A stretch of 64,000 bases of DNA from an uncultured delta proteobacterium (GCA_963851325.1 CAWKOR010000001.1:2676144-2740143); one strand, 5' to 3'; counted from the stretch's first letter, positions 1-14,240 are shown. Notes: generated from the letters alone by a model not told the origin. Numbers and translations: made by a program.

Positions 1-785
1 GTTCGAGCACGCCGCCGAAGATAATCGCCATCAGCGGGACCGCCATGTACATCTGGAAGCTGCTGATCATCGTGGCGAAGGCGGCGCGCGCAACTTTGGG
101 CTGAAGCTTACTCAAATCCGGCATCGCGCTGCCGATGGTATGCAGATGCACCGGTAGCTTCGCCTCCTCGGCGATCGCCCAAAGCGGCTCCCAGCAGGGA
201 TCCCAGAACGGTTCGATATCAGGACGGTTGGCGATATCGAGACCGCGCAGCGCTCCTTCCCTGGCGACGCGTTTCACCTCGGCAACGGCGTCGGCGATGT
301 TGTGGCTTGGTATCGATGCCAATCCGGCATACCGATCAGGATGGGTGCGGCAGAAACCGGCGAGCCACTGATTGTAAATGCGCAGCATGTCGGTCGCGGC
401 CTCGTCGTCCTTCAGCCGCATGCTCGCGCCGAGGACGCCGTAGAGAACCTCGCCTTGAACGCCGTCCCGTTCCTGATCCTTCAGGCGCAGCTCCGGATCG
501 GTCAGCCGCCGAATGCCCTTGCGGCCGTCATCGTAGAGGCCAGTCGATGCCATTCGATCCGAACGATGGATCTGCCCGGGAACATATTCGCGTCCGGCCG
601 AACCCATCCCGTTCATCAAGCCGAACTTCGCGCCGTTCTTCGCGACCCACATCTTGCCCTTGCGCGTGTCGATGACGTAGGGCATCCGATCCTTTAAATC
701 GGCGCGTGCGTTGGAGGTGAACAGATCGGGCGGCAGCCAAATCAGATCGACGTGGCAATCGGCTGAGATGAAATCGTACTTCATC
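1..785 (-). CDS. amidohydrolase family protein (amidohydrolase_2/ACMSD-like metal-dependent hydrolase), 3' end outside the window
   Basis: Reverse-strand reading from ATG at 783-785 gives MKYDFISADCHVDLIWLPPDLF... An HxD-like start typical of amidohydrolase-2 TIM-barrel hydrolases. The ORF runs off the window edge, so it is not in the ORF track. GAGGA RBS about 7 nt upstream. Confidence 0.65.
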
Positions 786-853
786 GCAAATCCTCTGGCG
801 CGATCTTGCTCCAGTCGCATCGATGCGCGCAAACCCCGAGGATGGATGAGCAA

Positions 854-1863
854 TCAGCCGTTCCAGGCCCCGCGCAGCGAATAGGAACTCAGGACGCGGA
901 TGTAATTGGCGCGCTGGAACGCCGTCGGGTTGGGCACCTTGCGCTGGCTCATGCTGCCGCACATCTGGCCGATGGATTCGTAGTCGTGTTCCTCCATCCA
1001 GTTCTGGACGTCGCGCAAGACCACGCCGAGGTGTTCGAGGCCGTTTCGCAGCAGCGCCGAGGTCATCATGGTGGCGCGCGCTCCGGCCATCACGGCCTTC
1101 AGCACTCCCTCCGCATTGTGAATGCCTCCGGTAATCGCGAGGTCGACATTTACTCCCCCAAAGATGATTGCCACCCAATGCAGCCGGAGCAGCAGCTCCT
1201 GCGGGCTGCTCAGTTCCAGGCTCGGCACTACCTCCAGCTGCTCGAGATCCAGATCCGGTTGATAGAAGCGGTTGAACAGCACCAGCGCGTTCGCACCGGC
1301 GGCCTCGAATCGCTTCGCCATGTTTGCCGGAGCGGTAAAGAATGGCGACAGCTTCACCGCAACCGGAATCCGTACAGTTTGTTTTACCTCGCGAACCAGC
1401 TCGAGGTAGGCCCGCTCGATATGAGCCGCCGTGAGTTCCGGATCGGTGACGATCGAATACAGATTCAGCTCGATGGCGTCTGCGCCCGCCTGCTCCATCT
1501 CGTGCGCATAGCGGGTCCATCCGCCGGCCGAGACGCCGTTGAGGCTGCCAATCACGGGAATCGAAAGACCGGTTTTCGCCTTGCGAATCAGCTCCAGGTA
1601 GCCGTCCGGTCCAAGGTTATAGGTGGTCAGGTCGGGGAAGTAGTTCAGCGATTCCGCGAAACTATCAGCGCCACGCGAAAGGTCACGGTCCAGCGTTTCA
1701 CCTTCCAGCGTCAACTGCTCTTCGAAGAGCGATGGCAACACCACCGCAGCCGCGCAGTGATCTTCAAGCTGGCGAATGTGGTCGAGCGAATCGCTCAGTG
1801 GTGATGCCGATGCAACGATGGGATTCTTAAGCGCCAGGCCGAGGTAGGTCGTCGTCAGGTCGA

Positions 1864-1867
<4 letters not shown>
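854..1867 (-). CDS. dihydroorotate dehydrogenase-like (DHOD/DHPD family TIM-barrel flavoprotein), PFOR-associated
   Basis: 337-aa ORF with an FMN-binding TIM-barrel (class 1 DHOD / PreA-like). Its start ATG overlaps the nifJ stop (ATGA) and is preceded by GGAGG. Confidence 0.85.
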
Positions 1868-5472
<3,605 letters not shown>

Positions 5473-5549
5473 GTTAGCCGTGTGCAACCGGCAGTTAACA
5501 TGAGACGGATTCTCTTCGCAAAGCGCCGATGCGCGAGCGCCTGAGTTAC

Positions 5550-5978
5550 TCAGCGTGGACGCTGATCGAACTGCAGGATGGTGCCGTCGGGATCCTCGAA
5601 GAGGCAGGTCAGCACTTTGGCGCCGCCGCGCTCCCCGTATGCGATCGAATCGGCCTCGTAAGGTGGCACCAGAATCTTGACGCCCGCACTCGCGAGCTTC
5701 TCCAACCGGCTGCGCAGGTCATCCACCAGGAACGCAAAGTGATGCATCCCGACCTGATGCAGCCGCAGCGGTTTGCCCGAGGGCTCTCTGCCAAGCGTTT
5801 GCGATAGCACCAGGAACCCGCCGCCGTCGTTCCACTTCAGGTAGACCGCGCGGCGCTTGCCCTGCCCCACCGTCTCTTCCGCATCGAGCATCACCTCGAG
5901 CCCGAGCAGGTCGCGATAAAACGGCAGCGACTTCTCCATGTCGCTGACGCCGATAGCCAGATGCGAGATTCCCTTCAT
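5550..5978 (-). CDS. VOC family protein (glyoxalase/bleomycin-resistance/dioxygenase fold)
   Basis: MKGISHLAIGVSDMEKSLPFYRDLLGL... is a typical VOC N-terminus. Start taken at the internal Met of track ORF 5550..6041. Confidence 0.7.
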   Translation of the reverse strand: MKGISHLAIGVSDMEKSLPFYRDLLGLEVMLDAEETVGQGKRRAVYLKWNDGGGFLVLSQTLGREPSGKPLRLHQVGMHHFAFLVDDLRSRLEKLASAGVKILVPPYEADSIAYGERGGAKVLTCLFEDPDGTILQFDQRPR

Positions 5979-6085
5979 GGCGCACTCCTCCAAATTTGGC
6001 GGGCTTCTCCGCTTCCTACAACCCGGCGTGCATTTTGACAACCAGCGAATGTCGGGTTACTGGTCTGTCTCCCACGGAGGTCACG

Positions 6086-6895
6086 ATGCTGGACAAGGTA
6101 AGTCTCGACGGCGTTCAACTGGAGTACGAGATTCATGGCGCGGGTGAGCCGGTCATGCTGATTCATGGCAGCGTGGTCGCCGATTCGTACCTGCCGATGC
6201 TCCCTGAGCCGTCGGTCTCGCGTTACCGGATGGTGCGCTACCGGCGTCGCGGCTTCGGCAACAGCACGCATCCCGATTCGGCCATCAGCATTCGCGAGCA
6301 GGCCAACGACTGCCACGCGCTGATGCGCCATTTGAAGATCGCCAAAGCACACGTGGCGGGACATTCATATGGCGGCGTCATCGCATTGCAACTGGCGCTC
6401 GACCATCCGGAAGTCGTCCATTCGCTGGCCTTGCTCGAACCCGCCCTGGTCGGACAAATCCCCAACTCGGCGGAGTTCATGGCGGGAATGGCTCCGGTAG
6501 TGAAGACTTACCAGGACGGCGACAAACGCGGCGCGCTCAACGGATTTCTCAATTGGGTCGCCGGCCCCGGCTATCGCGCGATGTTCGAGGGCCTTCCCGG
6601 CTCATATGAGATGGCCCTCGCCGACGCCGACAACTTTTTCCGCTTCGAGATGCCTGCGGCAGGTCAGTGGAGTTTCACCCGCGACGATGCACAGCGGATC
6701 GGGCAGCCGGTCCTCGCGATGCTGGGCGCTACCAGCGCGCCGATCTTCCACGAGATTCAGAAGCTGTTGCAGGCGTGGTTTCCGAAAGCCAAGGCGGTCA
6801 CCGTGCCGAAGGCCAACCATATGCTGCAGACGGTCGAGCCACGCGCCGTCGCCGAGGTACTCGCGGGCTTCTGGGCGAGCTGGCCGCTGCGCTGA
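6086..6895 (+). CDS. alpha/beta hydrolase
   Basis: HGSVVADSY oxyanion region and GHSYGG nucleophile elbow. ATG at 6086 preceded by GGAGG. Confidence 0.8.
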   Translation: MLDKVSLDGVQLEYEIHGAGEPVMLIHGSVVADSYLPMLPEPSVSRYRMVRYRRRGFGNSTHPDSAISIREQANDCHALMRHLKIAKAHVAGHSYGGVIALQLALDHPEVVHSLALLEPALVGQIPNSAEFMAGMAPVVKTYQDGDKRGALNGFLNWVAGPGYRAMFEGLPGSYEMALADADNFFRFEMPAAGQWSFTRDDAQRIGQPVLAMLGATSAPIFHEIQKLLQAWFPKAKAVTVPKANHMLQTVEPRAVAEVLAGFWASWPLR

Positions 6896-6912
6896 GCAAT
6901 CAGATCGATGGT

Positions 6913-7815
6913 TCAGGAATTGCCGGCACGATACGCGCGTGGCGAAACTCCAAACTCAGCGCGGAAGCTGCGGATGAAATTGGAAAGATCCTCGAAGCCT
7001 ACCTCGAACGCGATCTCGGTGATCGGCTGGACGCCGGCGGTGAGTCGCCCGGCTGCCTCGCGCAGTCGCGCGCGCAAAATCCATTGATGAGGAGTGACCC
7101 CGGTCACCCTCTTGAAGGTTCGCAAAAAGTGATAGCGGCTAAGACCCGCGATACTGGCGAGCGTCTCCAGCGTATGCGGCTCTTCGAAGGCAGCCTCCAG
7201 GAGCCGCATCACATCCGCGATGCGCGAGGAGTCCCGCGTCGCGCTCGGCATGCTATGCCGGCGAATATCACCGTCCACCTGCAGGACCGCGCCCGCCAGC
7301 TCGATTCCGATCTCCTCGAGCAAAGCGGGACGCCGCAGCGCGCTGACGACGCGAGCGGTCAGTGGCGCGAGCGCCCGCAGCGGTGGCAGCCGATCGAGGC
7401 GAAACGAGGCGCGTGATGCTCCCGCATCGCGCGCGACGCTTTCGAACAGCTCCGGCGCGAACTGGAACGAGAGGCAGCGGTCACCCTCGCCGTGTTGATG
7501 CGAACATTCAAAGGTGCGCCCGATGCTCCCCAGCACCAGCGCGCCAGGTGATATCAGCGACGCACCACGATCGCTGCGATAGGAGAACGACCCCGTCAGT
7601 ACCAACGATACTGACTCCCAGGCGTGACGCTCGGCGAAAGGACGATCGTGCGGTCCAGCGGTACACAGCACGTCCAGCACGCGCCATCCCTTACCCTCGG
7701 CCACCAGTTTGCCGAAGTTCGCACCCGGCTCGCCGTCGCGTTCCTTGTGTATCAGGGCGGCGGTCAGCGGATCGCGATGGGAAATCCGGGGATTTAAAAT
7801 CTGCGATGAGAGCAA
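6913..7815 (-). CDS. AraC family transcriptional regulator (cupin sensor domain + AraC HTH)
   Basis: C-terminal YHFLRTFKRVTGVTPHQWILRARLREAAGRL...FEDLSNFIRSFRAEFGVSP is a canonical AraC HTH. Confidence 0.85.
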   Translation of the reverse strand: MLSSQILNPRISHRDPLTAALIHKERDGEPGANFGKLVAEGKGWRVLDVLCTAGPHDRPFAERHAWESVSLVLTGSFSYRSDRGASLISPGALVLGSIGRTFECSHQHGEGDRCLSFQFAPELFESVARDAGASRASFRLDRLPPLRALAPLTARVVSALRRPALLEEIGIELAGAVLQVDGDIRRHSMPSATRDSSRIADVMRLLEAAFEEPHTLETLASIAGLSRYHFLRTFKRVTGVTPHQWILRARLREAAGRLTAGVQPITEIAFEVGFEDLSNFIRSFRAEFGVSPRAYRAGNS

Positions 7816-7887
7816 TTTTTGCCAAGTCTCCGAACGGCCGGTTCAGTATAACAATCGAGTGCAAACTACCAAAAGGAGACCGCGGTC

Positions 7888-8346
7888 ATGACGCTGGCAG
7901 GTGGATGCTCGTGTGGAGCTATCCGATACAAGCTGACTAACACACCGCTAATCGTTCATGCGTGTCACTGCCGCGATTGTCAGCGCATTACCGGCGGCCC
8001 GCATGTCATCAACATCTGGATCGAGCGCAAGTTCGTCGAAGCCGGCGGCGCTGAGCCCAAGTCATTCGTGCTTAAAGGCGGCAGCGGCAAGAGGCATGAG
8101 GTCTTCTTTTGCGATAAATGCGGAACCTACGTATGGAGCCGCTACAGCATCGCACCGGGCGATTGTCTCTTTGTGCGCGCGGGCACCCTCGACCAGCCCG
8201 AAGCAGTCACTCCCGATGTGCACATCTTCACGCGAACCAAGCTGCCGTGGGTGCAACTTCCCAAGGATGCGCAGGTGTTCGACTCCATCTATACGGACCT
8301 CTCCAAGGTCTGGCGGGCCGAGAGCGTGAAGCGATTGCGCGGCTGA
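7888..8346 (+). CDS. GFA family protein (glutathione-dependent formaldehyde-activating enzyme / CENP-V-like Zn domain)
   Basis: CSCGAIRY...CHCRDCQ...CDKCG cysteine pattern of GFA/CENP-V. AAGGAG RBS. Divergent from the AraC regulator. Confidence 0.75.
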   Translation: MTLAGGCSCGAIRYKLTNTPLIVHACHCRDCQRITGGPHVINIWIERKFVEAGGAEPKSFVLKGGSGKRHEVFFCDKCGTYVWSRYSIAPGDCLFVRAGTLDQPEAVTPDVHIFTRTKLPWVQLPKDAQVFDSIYTDLSKVWRAESVKRLRG

Positions 8347-8418
8347 GGCCGGCGAACCTCGCCCCCCGCTTAACCTCTTCGGATGAGCAGCGTCCAGGTG
8401 GTCATGATGTGATGAGTT

Positions 8419-9042
8419 CTATCGATTACGTTGATGCGGGTTGATCAGGCCGGCTCGCATCGCATAAAGCGCAACTTCAACCCGGTCACGGATTCTGAGC
8501 TTCTGAAAAATGTTATTGAGGTGCTTCTTCACGGTAGCTTCGGTAATCGCCAGTTTGGTAGCGACCTCGGCGTTGCGCAGTCCCAAGGCGACATAGCGTA
8601 CGATCTCGCGCTCGCGCGAGGTGAGTTCATCTCCAGTGCGATCCAGCCGGGCCAGCTCGGCTTGCAGCGCCGGGGGCATCCAGACCAATCCCTCGACCGC
8701 GGCCCTGATGGCCTCCATCAGCGTTTCCACGGCGAAGCGCTTCTGAACCACGGCGCGGGCGCCCATTCTGATTGCCTCGAGTGCCTCCGCATTGCGTTCG
8801 CTGGCGGTCAGGACTACGACCGTCACCAGGTGCGCGAGACGCTCGATGTCGTCACCCATCCACCGCTCCATTTGCAGGTCCAGCAGCAGAACGTCGCAAG
8901 GCGTTGCGGCCAGCGCCGCTTCAAGCTCGATGGAACGGCCGACCTCGGCAACCACTTCAATCTCAGGCTGAAAGCGCAGGATCGACTTGAGGCCCTGGCG
9001 GAAGATCGCGTGATCGTCGGCGATGATGAGTCGAATCGGCAT
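8419..9042 (-). CDS. response regulator, NarL/FixJ (LuxR) family
   Basis: REC domain (IADDHAIFRQGL...LLLDLQM) plus a C-terminal LuxR HTH (LTSREREIVRYVALGLRNAEVATKLAITEATVKKHL). Confidence 0.9.
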   Translation of the reverse strand: MPIRLIIADDHAIFRQGLKSILRFQPEIEVVAEVGRSIELEAALAATPCDVLLLDLQMERWMGDDIERLAHLVTVVVLTASERNAEALEAIRMGARAVVQKRFAVETLMEAIRAAVEGLVWMPPALQAELARLDRTGDELTSREREIVRYVALGLRNAEVATKLAITEATVKKHLNNIFQKLRIRDRVEVALYAMRAGLINPHQRNR

Positions 9043-9045
9043 GAG

Positions 9046-10124
9046 CTAGGCGGCGCGCATTTCGATTTCCATATGCGCGCCTGATCGGTTCTGCCCGACA
9101 CCCGCAATTGACCACCGAACTCCGCCACCCGCGACGCGATCGCCCAGGGCGCCTCAGCCTGCTGAAAACCGATCCCATCGTCGTCGATGGTGATGCGAAC
9201 CAGGTTGTCGGCGGAATTGACCTTGACCGATGCTTCGCGCGCCTGCGCGTGACGCCGGGCATTACGCGTTCCTTCCAGCATGATCAGCAGGATCTGCTCG
9301 ACCAGCAGCCCATTGGCGGAGAAGCTGGCGGTGACATGGAAGCGCGTTTCACTGGCGGGCGAAGTGGTTTCGGCAATTTTACGATCGAGGTTTATCAGCG
9401 AACGGAGGTACTCGCGAACCTCGTCATACTCGCGAGTGATACCGATTTGCAACTCGCGCAATTCGCCGAGCACCTCGGCGGTTTCGCCCCGCGCCAGCAA
9501 TTCGCGCAAGCCTTCGAGCCGAAGATTCATTCCCGCGAGCACCTGCACATAGCCATCATGGAGCGAGCGCGCGATCTCCTCACGCTCCGCGAAGGTTTCG
9601 AGCTCGCGCATCCGCAGCTCGAAGTTTGCGCGCTGTTGCCCGAGGAAGCCAATCACGCAGCCGGTAATCGCCAGGTACGCCGGCCGCATCAGGGGCAGCG
9701 CCATCACTCCTTGTGGCGATAGCGTGATCGGCAACAGGTAGAGCAGGACGCTGACGAAAGTCACCCACAGCGTCGCGCGCAGGCCGGTGCGGCATCCCAC
9801 CGCGATGATCGCGAAAGTGAAGAAGACATAAGAGGGGCTGGTTGGGCCTTCCGTGAAGAACGCCACGGCGGTGGCGAAGAGAATGTCGAGCGCGGTGGTC
9901 GCGGCGAACACTCGCTGGGGCGCCAGGTGGCGGCGGATCAACAGGTACGCGGTCAGGCTGTATGCGAAATGGAGCGCCAGCGTCGTCAGCGCATAACGAT
10001 CGAGGGAAAAAATCCCGTATCCGGTGGTTGGATCGATGTAGATTGAAATCAGCGCGACGACTGAGAGGGCGATTCGGGCTCGCGAGACATTCAGATCGAG
10101 ATCGGCAAAGTCGAGTGCCTTCAT
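9046..10124 (-). CDS. sensor histidine kinase (multi-TM N-terminus, HisKA_3 + HATPase_c); apparent frameshift near 9085-9100
   Basis: Contains the HisKA_3 H-box LHDGYVQVLAGMNLRLE and the ATPase region through GGQLRV. The track frame then runs 75 junk codons across the RR gene. A different frame gives a plausible HK C-terminus ...GQNRSGAHMEIEMRAA with a stop at 9046-9048, 3 nt before the RR ATG. Confidence 0.75.
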
Positions 10125-10233
10125 ACCCGGTCATTTCGGGCGTTTGAGGCATCCAGGTCAAGCACCCGCGCCGAGCCGTAGTGCTACTTCGGGCAACAGG
10201 CGGACTGGCGGGACACGCAATGCTCGGCCTGTC

Positions 10234-11040
10234 TCAAACAACTTTGTCGGTGTTGCCGGTCACTGCTAGCGCGTAGCGGCGATGCGAATGCGAGAGGCTC
10301 AATCTGGCGCCAAACGCCTCGGAGAGCTGGGCAGCATTCATCACCAGGTCGCGCGGCCCCGCGGCGAGCACCCGTCCGCCCTTGAGAATCAGCACGTGCG
10401 AGAAACCCGGCATGATCTCCTCGACATGATGCGTCACCAGCACCAGACTCGGTGCGGCAGCATCCTGCGAGAGGCGCTCGAGGAATTGCAGGAATTGCTC
10501 TCGCGCAACCGGATCGAGTCCGGCGCACGGCTCATCCAGAATAAGCAGCTCCGGTTTGGCCATCAGCGCGCGTCCGATCAATACCCGCTGCCGCTCGCCT
10601 TGGGAGAGAAACCGCCACGGGCGATCCGCGATAACCTCGGCTTCGATTTGGCGGATGATGTCCAGCGCGCGCGACCGGTCATCGGCGGCGGTATCGCCCC
10701 ATAAGCCGATCATCGCGCGTTTACCGCTGACGATCGCGTCGAGCGCGGTCTCATGGCCTGGCATCAGTTGCTGAATCGCACTGCTGACGATGCCGATGCG
10801 GGTGCGCAAATCGCGCCAGTCGGTTTTGCCGTAGGTCTCGCCCAGCACGCTGATGCTGCCGGCGGTGAGCGGCAGGTATCCCGTCAAGGTGCTCAGCAGC
10901 GAGGTTTTGCCCGATCCGTTGGCCCCGAGGATCACCCAATGCTGGCCGGCCTCGACGCGCCAGTCGATGTGTTCGAGGATGACGGCCTCGCGCTCGACGC
11001 GCAGCCCCCGAATGTCGATGACGATGCTCGCGTTGCTCAT
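10234..11040 (-). CDS. ABC transporter ATP-binding protein (no adjacent permease)
   Basis: Walker A GANGSGKTSLL, signature LSQGERQRV, Walker B LLILDEP. Confidence 0.85.
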   Translation of the reverse strand: MSNASIVIDIRGLRVEREAVILEHIDWRVEAGQHWVILGANGSGKTSLLSTLTGYLPLTAGSISVLGETYGKTDWRDLRTRIGIVSSAIQQLMPGHETALDAIVSGKRAMIGLWGDTAADDRSRALDIIRQIEAEVIADRPWRFLSQGERQRVLIGRALMAKPELLILDEPCAGLDPVAREQFLQFLERLSQDAAAPSLVLVTHHVEEIMPGFSHVLILKGGRVLAAGPRDLVMNAAQLSEAFGARLSLSHSHRRYALAVTGNTDKVV

Positions 11041-11080
11041 CGAGCATCACCATCGCACAAATCGTTTGCGAGGCAAGTTG

Positions 11081-11767
11081 CTAGAGCGTCGCGGCCTTGT
11101 GAAAGGTGCCGTGCCAGACCGCGCTGACGAAGGGGCCGCCGTTGCACCGTTTGCTGCCGGAGCAGAACTGGTTCATCGACTCCGACACGACCATGGTTTT
11201 CTCATCCGGCAGCAGGGTACAGACCGAGTCAGCCATCCACTTGATGTCGATGGTTGGACCGAGGGGGAGACCGAAAAGGTGACCGCGTTGCTGCGCCGAT
11301 CCATACGATCGAAGCGCGATATGGTCGCCCGCGCTCCCAAGCGCAACGGTGCGTGAGCGGGTATTGAAAATGCGACCCTGGTTGGCCGCTTCATCGAGCG
11401 ACTGCTTGTGGTAGGCGACCTCGATTCCCGATGGAGTGCGAACAAAACATAGCGTGACGGAACCTGGAACCCATTTTTCGATCGGCGGCCCGGAGTATTG
11501 ATGCCACGCATCCGCGCGCGGTTCGCCTTCCCAGCATCCGAGATACGCGTCCGAGATTTGCAATCCCGCATTCGACGGATTCGCAGGAGGCGGCGGTTTC
11601 CGCGCCTGCGGGATGGTCTGGGACGGCGAGTCCTGTTGAGCATGAAGCGGCGGCGGGGTGGGCTCGAAATGAAAGGAACCCTGCTGGGCGCGAACGGTGC
11701 CCACGCCGGCACAGAGAAAAGCGACCGCTAAAGGCAATGACAAAAACAGCGGAGCGAGGCGACGCAT
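11081..11767 (-). CDS. hypothetical secreted protein (signal peptide, Pro/Gln-rich linker)
   Basis: N-terminal MRRLAPLFLSLPLAVAFLCAGVGTVRAQ signal peptide. No recognisable domain. Confidence 0.5.
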   Translation of the reverse strand: MRRLAPLFLSLPLAVAFLCAGVGTVRAQQGSFHFEPTPPPLHAQQDSPSQTIPQARKPPPPANPSNAGLQISDAYLGCWEGEPRADAWHQYSGPPIEKWVPGSVTLCFVRTPSGIEVAYHKQSLDEAANQGRIFNTRSRTVALGSAGDHIALRSYGSAQQRGHLFGLPLGPTIDIKWMADSVCTLLPDEKTMVVSESMNQFCSGSKRCNGGPFVSAVWHGTFHKAATL

Positions 11768-11990
11768 AGCTACTTTATAACGTCATATGTTAGCCAAGTC
11801 AACTCTAAGAGCATCGTAGCCTCACTTGGGAGCTTGGCCTGGGTGCGACGCTAAAAGTTTGCATCACCATGTTTTCGCGATGTTTTCAGCGAAATCTCAA
11901 TCCGGTATGGGGATAGCGGGTTCGACGAAATCGACGGCTGCATAGCTGCAGCCGCCGTATCGCGATCTTAGCTGAGGCGATCTCGTGAAG

Positions 11991-12926
11991 CTAGAACGGC
12001 ATCCATCCGACGACCGGGAAATCGTCGAGGCTGAAATCGATCATCCCCACCACCGCGATTTGCTGATTATGCTCGGAGTCGTGATTGAGTGGCAGTTGTA
12101 CCCCGGTGCTGATCTGGTAAGCGTCCGTCAGGTAACTGATTCCCGGAGTGGCATAGAGGGTTGGGGAACCTTGCTCGCTTCCGCTAACCACAGCATCGAA
12201 GTTGAGCTCGGCGAAGAGGCATAGGTTGCGAATCGGCCACGGAAGCTGGGTCTTCGTCAGATACTGCAAATAGGGGAAGGAGTAGTCGACGACGGGATCG
12301 AAGAATATCTCATCGCCGCCGCCATCATTCAGGATGCGCGAATATCCGAGGTCGCTATGCACCTCGAATGCGCGAAGGAAACCCAGGTTCCATTTCTCCG
12401 GAAGCGCTCCGCCACGCCCGCCCCATAACAGGGCCAGGCCGGCATTGCTGAGGCCGAAGGACTGTCCGAAATCTCCGACGCTGAACGACAGTTGAGGCGC
12501 GACGCCCGCCTGCATGTCCGGCTGATTGATGAACAGCATGCGGCTCAGAACATCGACCGTGCCGAAGCCGGCTTCGCTCGCGCCGTCGTGGGGAGCGAAA
12601 GAGTCCCACGCGCTGTCGACCTCGATGTCGAAATTCGGCGAGATCATCTTGTCCAGTCCGAAGCCGAAGCCCAGGGTTCTGCCTTCGGGGCTTCTGACCC
12701 AGTGCGGCGCGAATGGCGTCACGCTGTTGCCGGGACTCACGTCGATCGCCACCAAAGGTCCCATCATGCCCGGCCCCATGTCGCGCGCTTCCGATCCGAT
12801 TGTAAACGAAGGCGGGTCCGTATCAGCGGGCGATTGAGCGCATGCCTCGTGTGAGGAAATCGCAAGAAGAAGCAATATCGTGAGCGCTATTATCGTTCGG
12901 AAGAATCGATGGACGACCGCAGCCAT
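11991..12926 (-). CDS. putative outer-membrane beta-barrel protein (MetA-pathway/phenol-degradation-like OMP family?)
   Basis: Signal peptide, alternating beta-strand-like composition and a C-terminal Phe (…VGWMPF), as in OMPs. Confidence 0.45.
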   Translation of the reverse strand: MAAVVHRFFRTIIALTILLLLAISSHEACAQSPADTDPPSFTIGSEARDMGPGMMGPLVAIDVSPGNSVTPFAPHWVRSPEGRTLGFGFGLDKMISPNFDIEVDSAWDSFAPHDGASEAGFGTVDVLSRMLFINQPDMQAGVAPQLSFSVGDFGQSFGLSNAGLALLWGGRGGALPEKWNLGFLRAFEVHSDLGYSRILNDGGGDEIFFDPVVDYSFPYLQYLTKTQLPWPIRNLCLFAELNFDAVVSGSEQGSPTLYATPGISYLTDAYQISTGVQLPLNHDSEHNQQIAVVGMIDFSLDDFPVVGWMPF

Positions 12927-13218
12927 GAGAGCCCCCGCAGGGCGAAGGTCGTGGTCCTCAGTCGCCCTGTGGGTAGACTTACGGTCGAGGCGCGCAGGTC
13001 TCGGTGATTGGCCCTATGAGGAAGCTGCCCTTCTTAAACGTCCGATGCTGAAACGATTCCGGCGGTACGGCTGAATCTTTTTGAAACTCGGTGTTTCATC
13101 GCTGTGCAGGGCGAGGTCCCTTCCATGGTGGGCGTCGCGCACTTCACATCTCGGCACTTGACATTCAACGCTATCGGAGCGAGACGGTGCGTATCTGACC
13201 TGCTTGGAGGATCGGCCA

Positions 13219-14196
13219 ATGGCGAAAATGGATTTCAGCAAGGTTCCCCGCTTCGCAGAGCTTCCGGTGAAGAAAGGCGCGCCGGAAGATTCCTCGTGGG
13301 GCGTCTTCGGCGATGATGACGAACTCGGATGCCTCAACTTCCTCACCCCCGAGGCAATCGTCGAGGCCGCCGGGCTGGTGCGTCACGGCAAAGTTTTTCG
13401 CCTCGATACCAAAATCAATTACGCGACCCCGCCGCTCTTCAATCGCAATCCCGCCAAGCACACCATCCTGAGTTTCGAGAGCTATGGCCTGCTCGGGCAC
13501 GATGATTCGATCGACAACTACAACACCCAGGAAGGCAGCCAGTGGGACGGGCTCGGCCACGTTGGACATATCAAGCATCAGGCCTACTACAACGGGGTGA
13601 AGGACAATCAGATCAAGGACGGCCCGGACGGCAAGCTCAGCATCCACAAATGGGCCAACAAGGTAGTGGGCCGCGGCGTGCTCATCGATGCGTTCAAGTT
13701 TCGCAACGAAGCCGGCCGCCCGCTCAATCCGCTCACCGATGACAAATACACGCTGAAGGATTTGCAGGACGCGCTGAAGGCGCAGGCCGGCACCCTCAAG
13801 CCGGGATCGATCCTGCTGGTTCGCACCGGATGGATGCAGGCCTACGAGAAGGCGTCGCCCGCCGACAAAACCGCAATGGCGCCACTCGAGGTCCTCAAGG
13901 CGTGCGGCATCGAGCCGTCGCGCGAGATGGTCGCCTGGCTATGGGATAATCGGGTCGCGGCGATCGGCACCGATTGCCCGGCCGTCGAACCGTGGCCGTG
14001 GAGCTTTCAGGACACCGGCGCGATTCACTATCGCACGCTCTCGATGCTGGGGTTGCCGCTGGGCGAGCAGTTCATCCTCGATCCGCTCGCGGCTGATTGC
14101 GCGGCCGACAAACGCTACGAATTCATGATGGTATCAGTGCCGATGAACCTGGAGGGCGGTATCGCGTCGCCACCGAACGCGGTGGCGATCAAGTAG
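13219..14196 (+). CDS. cyclase family protein (kynurenine formamidase-like, PF04199)
   Basis: HxGTHxDxPxH-like region (QWDGLGHVGH) and cyclase-family architecture. ATG 13219 is 8 nt after GGAGG; the track ORF begins at TTG 13204. Confidence 0.7.
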   Translation: MAKMDFSKVPRFAELPVKKGAPEDSSWGVFGDDDELGCLNFLTPEAIVEAAGLVRHGKVFRLDTKINYATPPLFNRNPAKHTILSFESYGLLGHDDSIDNYNTQEGSQWDGLGHVGHIKHQAYYNGVKDNQIKDGPDGKLSIHKWANKVVGRGVLIDAFKFRNEAGRPLNPLTDDKYTLKDLQDALKAQAGTLKPGSILLVRTGWMQAYEKASPADKTAMAPLEVLKACGIEPSREMVAWLWDNRVAAIGTDCPAVEPWPWSFQDTGAIHYRTLSMLGLPLGEQFILDPLAADCAADKRYEFMMVSVPMNLEGGIASPPNAVAIK

Positions 14197-14240
14197 ACTG
14201 ACTTATTTCATGTCCTATCATGAGTAAGACGTGCTAATCT

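Noticed and set aside
528-1520. 330-aa minus-strand ORF rich in Arg/Gly
   Set aside because: Alternative frame overlapping the amidohydrolase and DHOD-like genes. Extreme Arg/Gly/Ala bias with no motifs. GC-frame artefact.
806-1804. 332-aa + strand ORF
   Set aside because: Lies entirely antisense to the well-supported DHOD-like gene (854..1867, minus strand). His/Arg/Ala-rich composition typical of antisense reading of a GC-rich gene.
8823-9045. C-terminal 75 codons of the track's histidine-kinase ORF overlapping the response-regulator gene
   Set aside because: Compositionally aberrant tail produced by an apparent frameshift. An alternative frame gives a canonical kinase C-terminus ending 3 nt before the RR start.
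11900-11935. Weak resemblance (GGGTTCGACGAAATCG) to the type-1 repeat motif in the 11770-11990 intergenic region
   Set aside because: Only two short blocks (GGGTTCG, CGAAAT) match, in a different arrangement. Too weak to call a fourth repeat locus.
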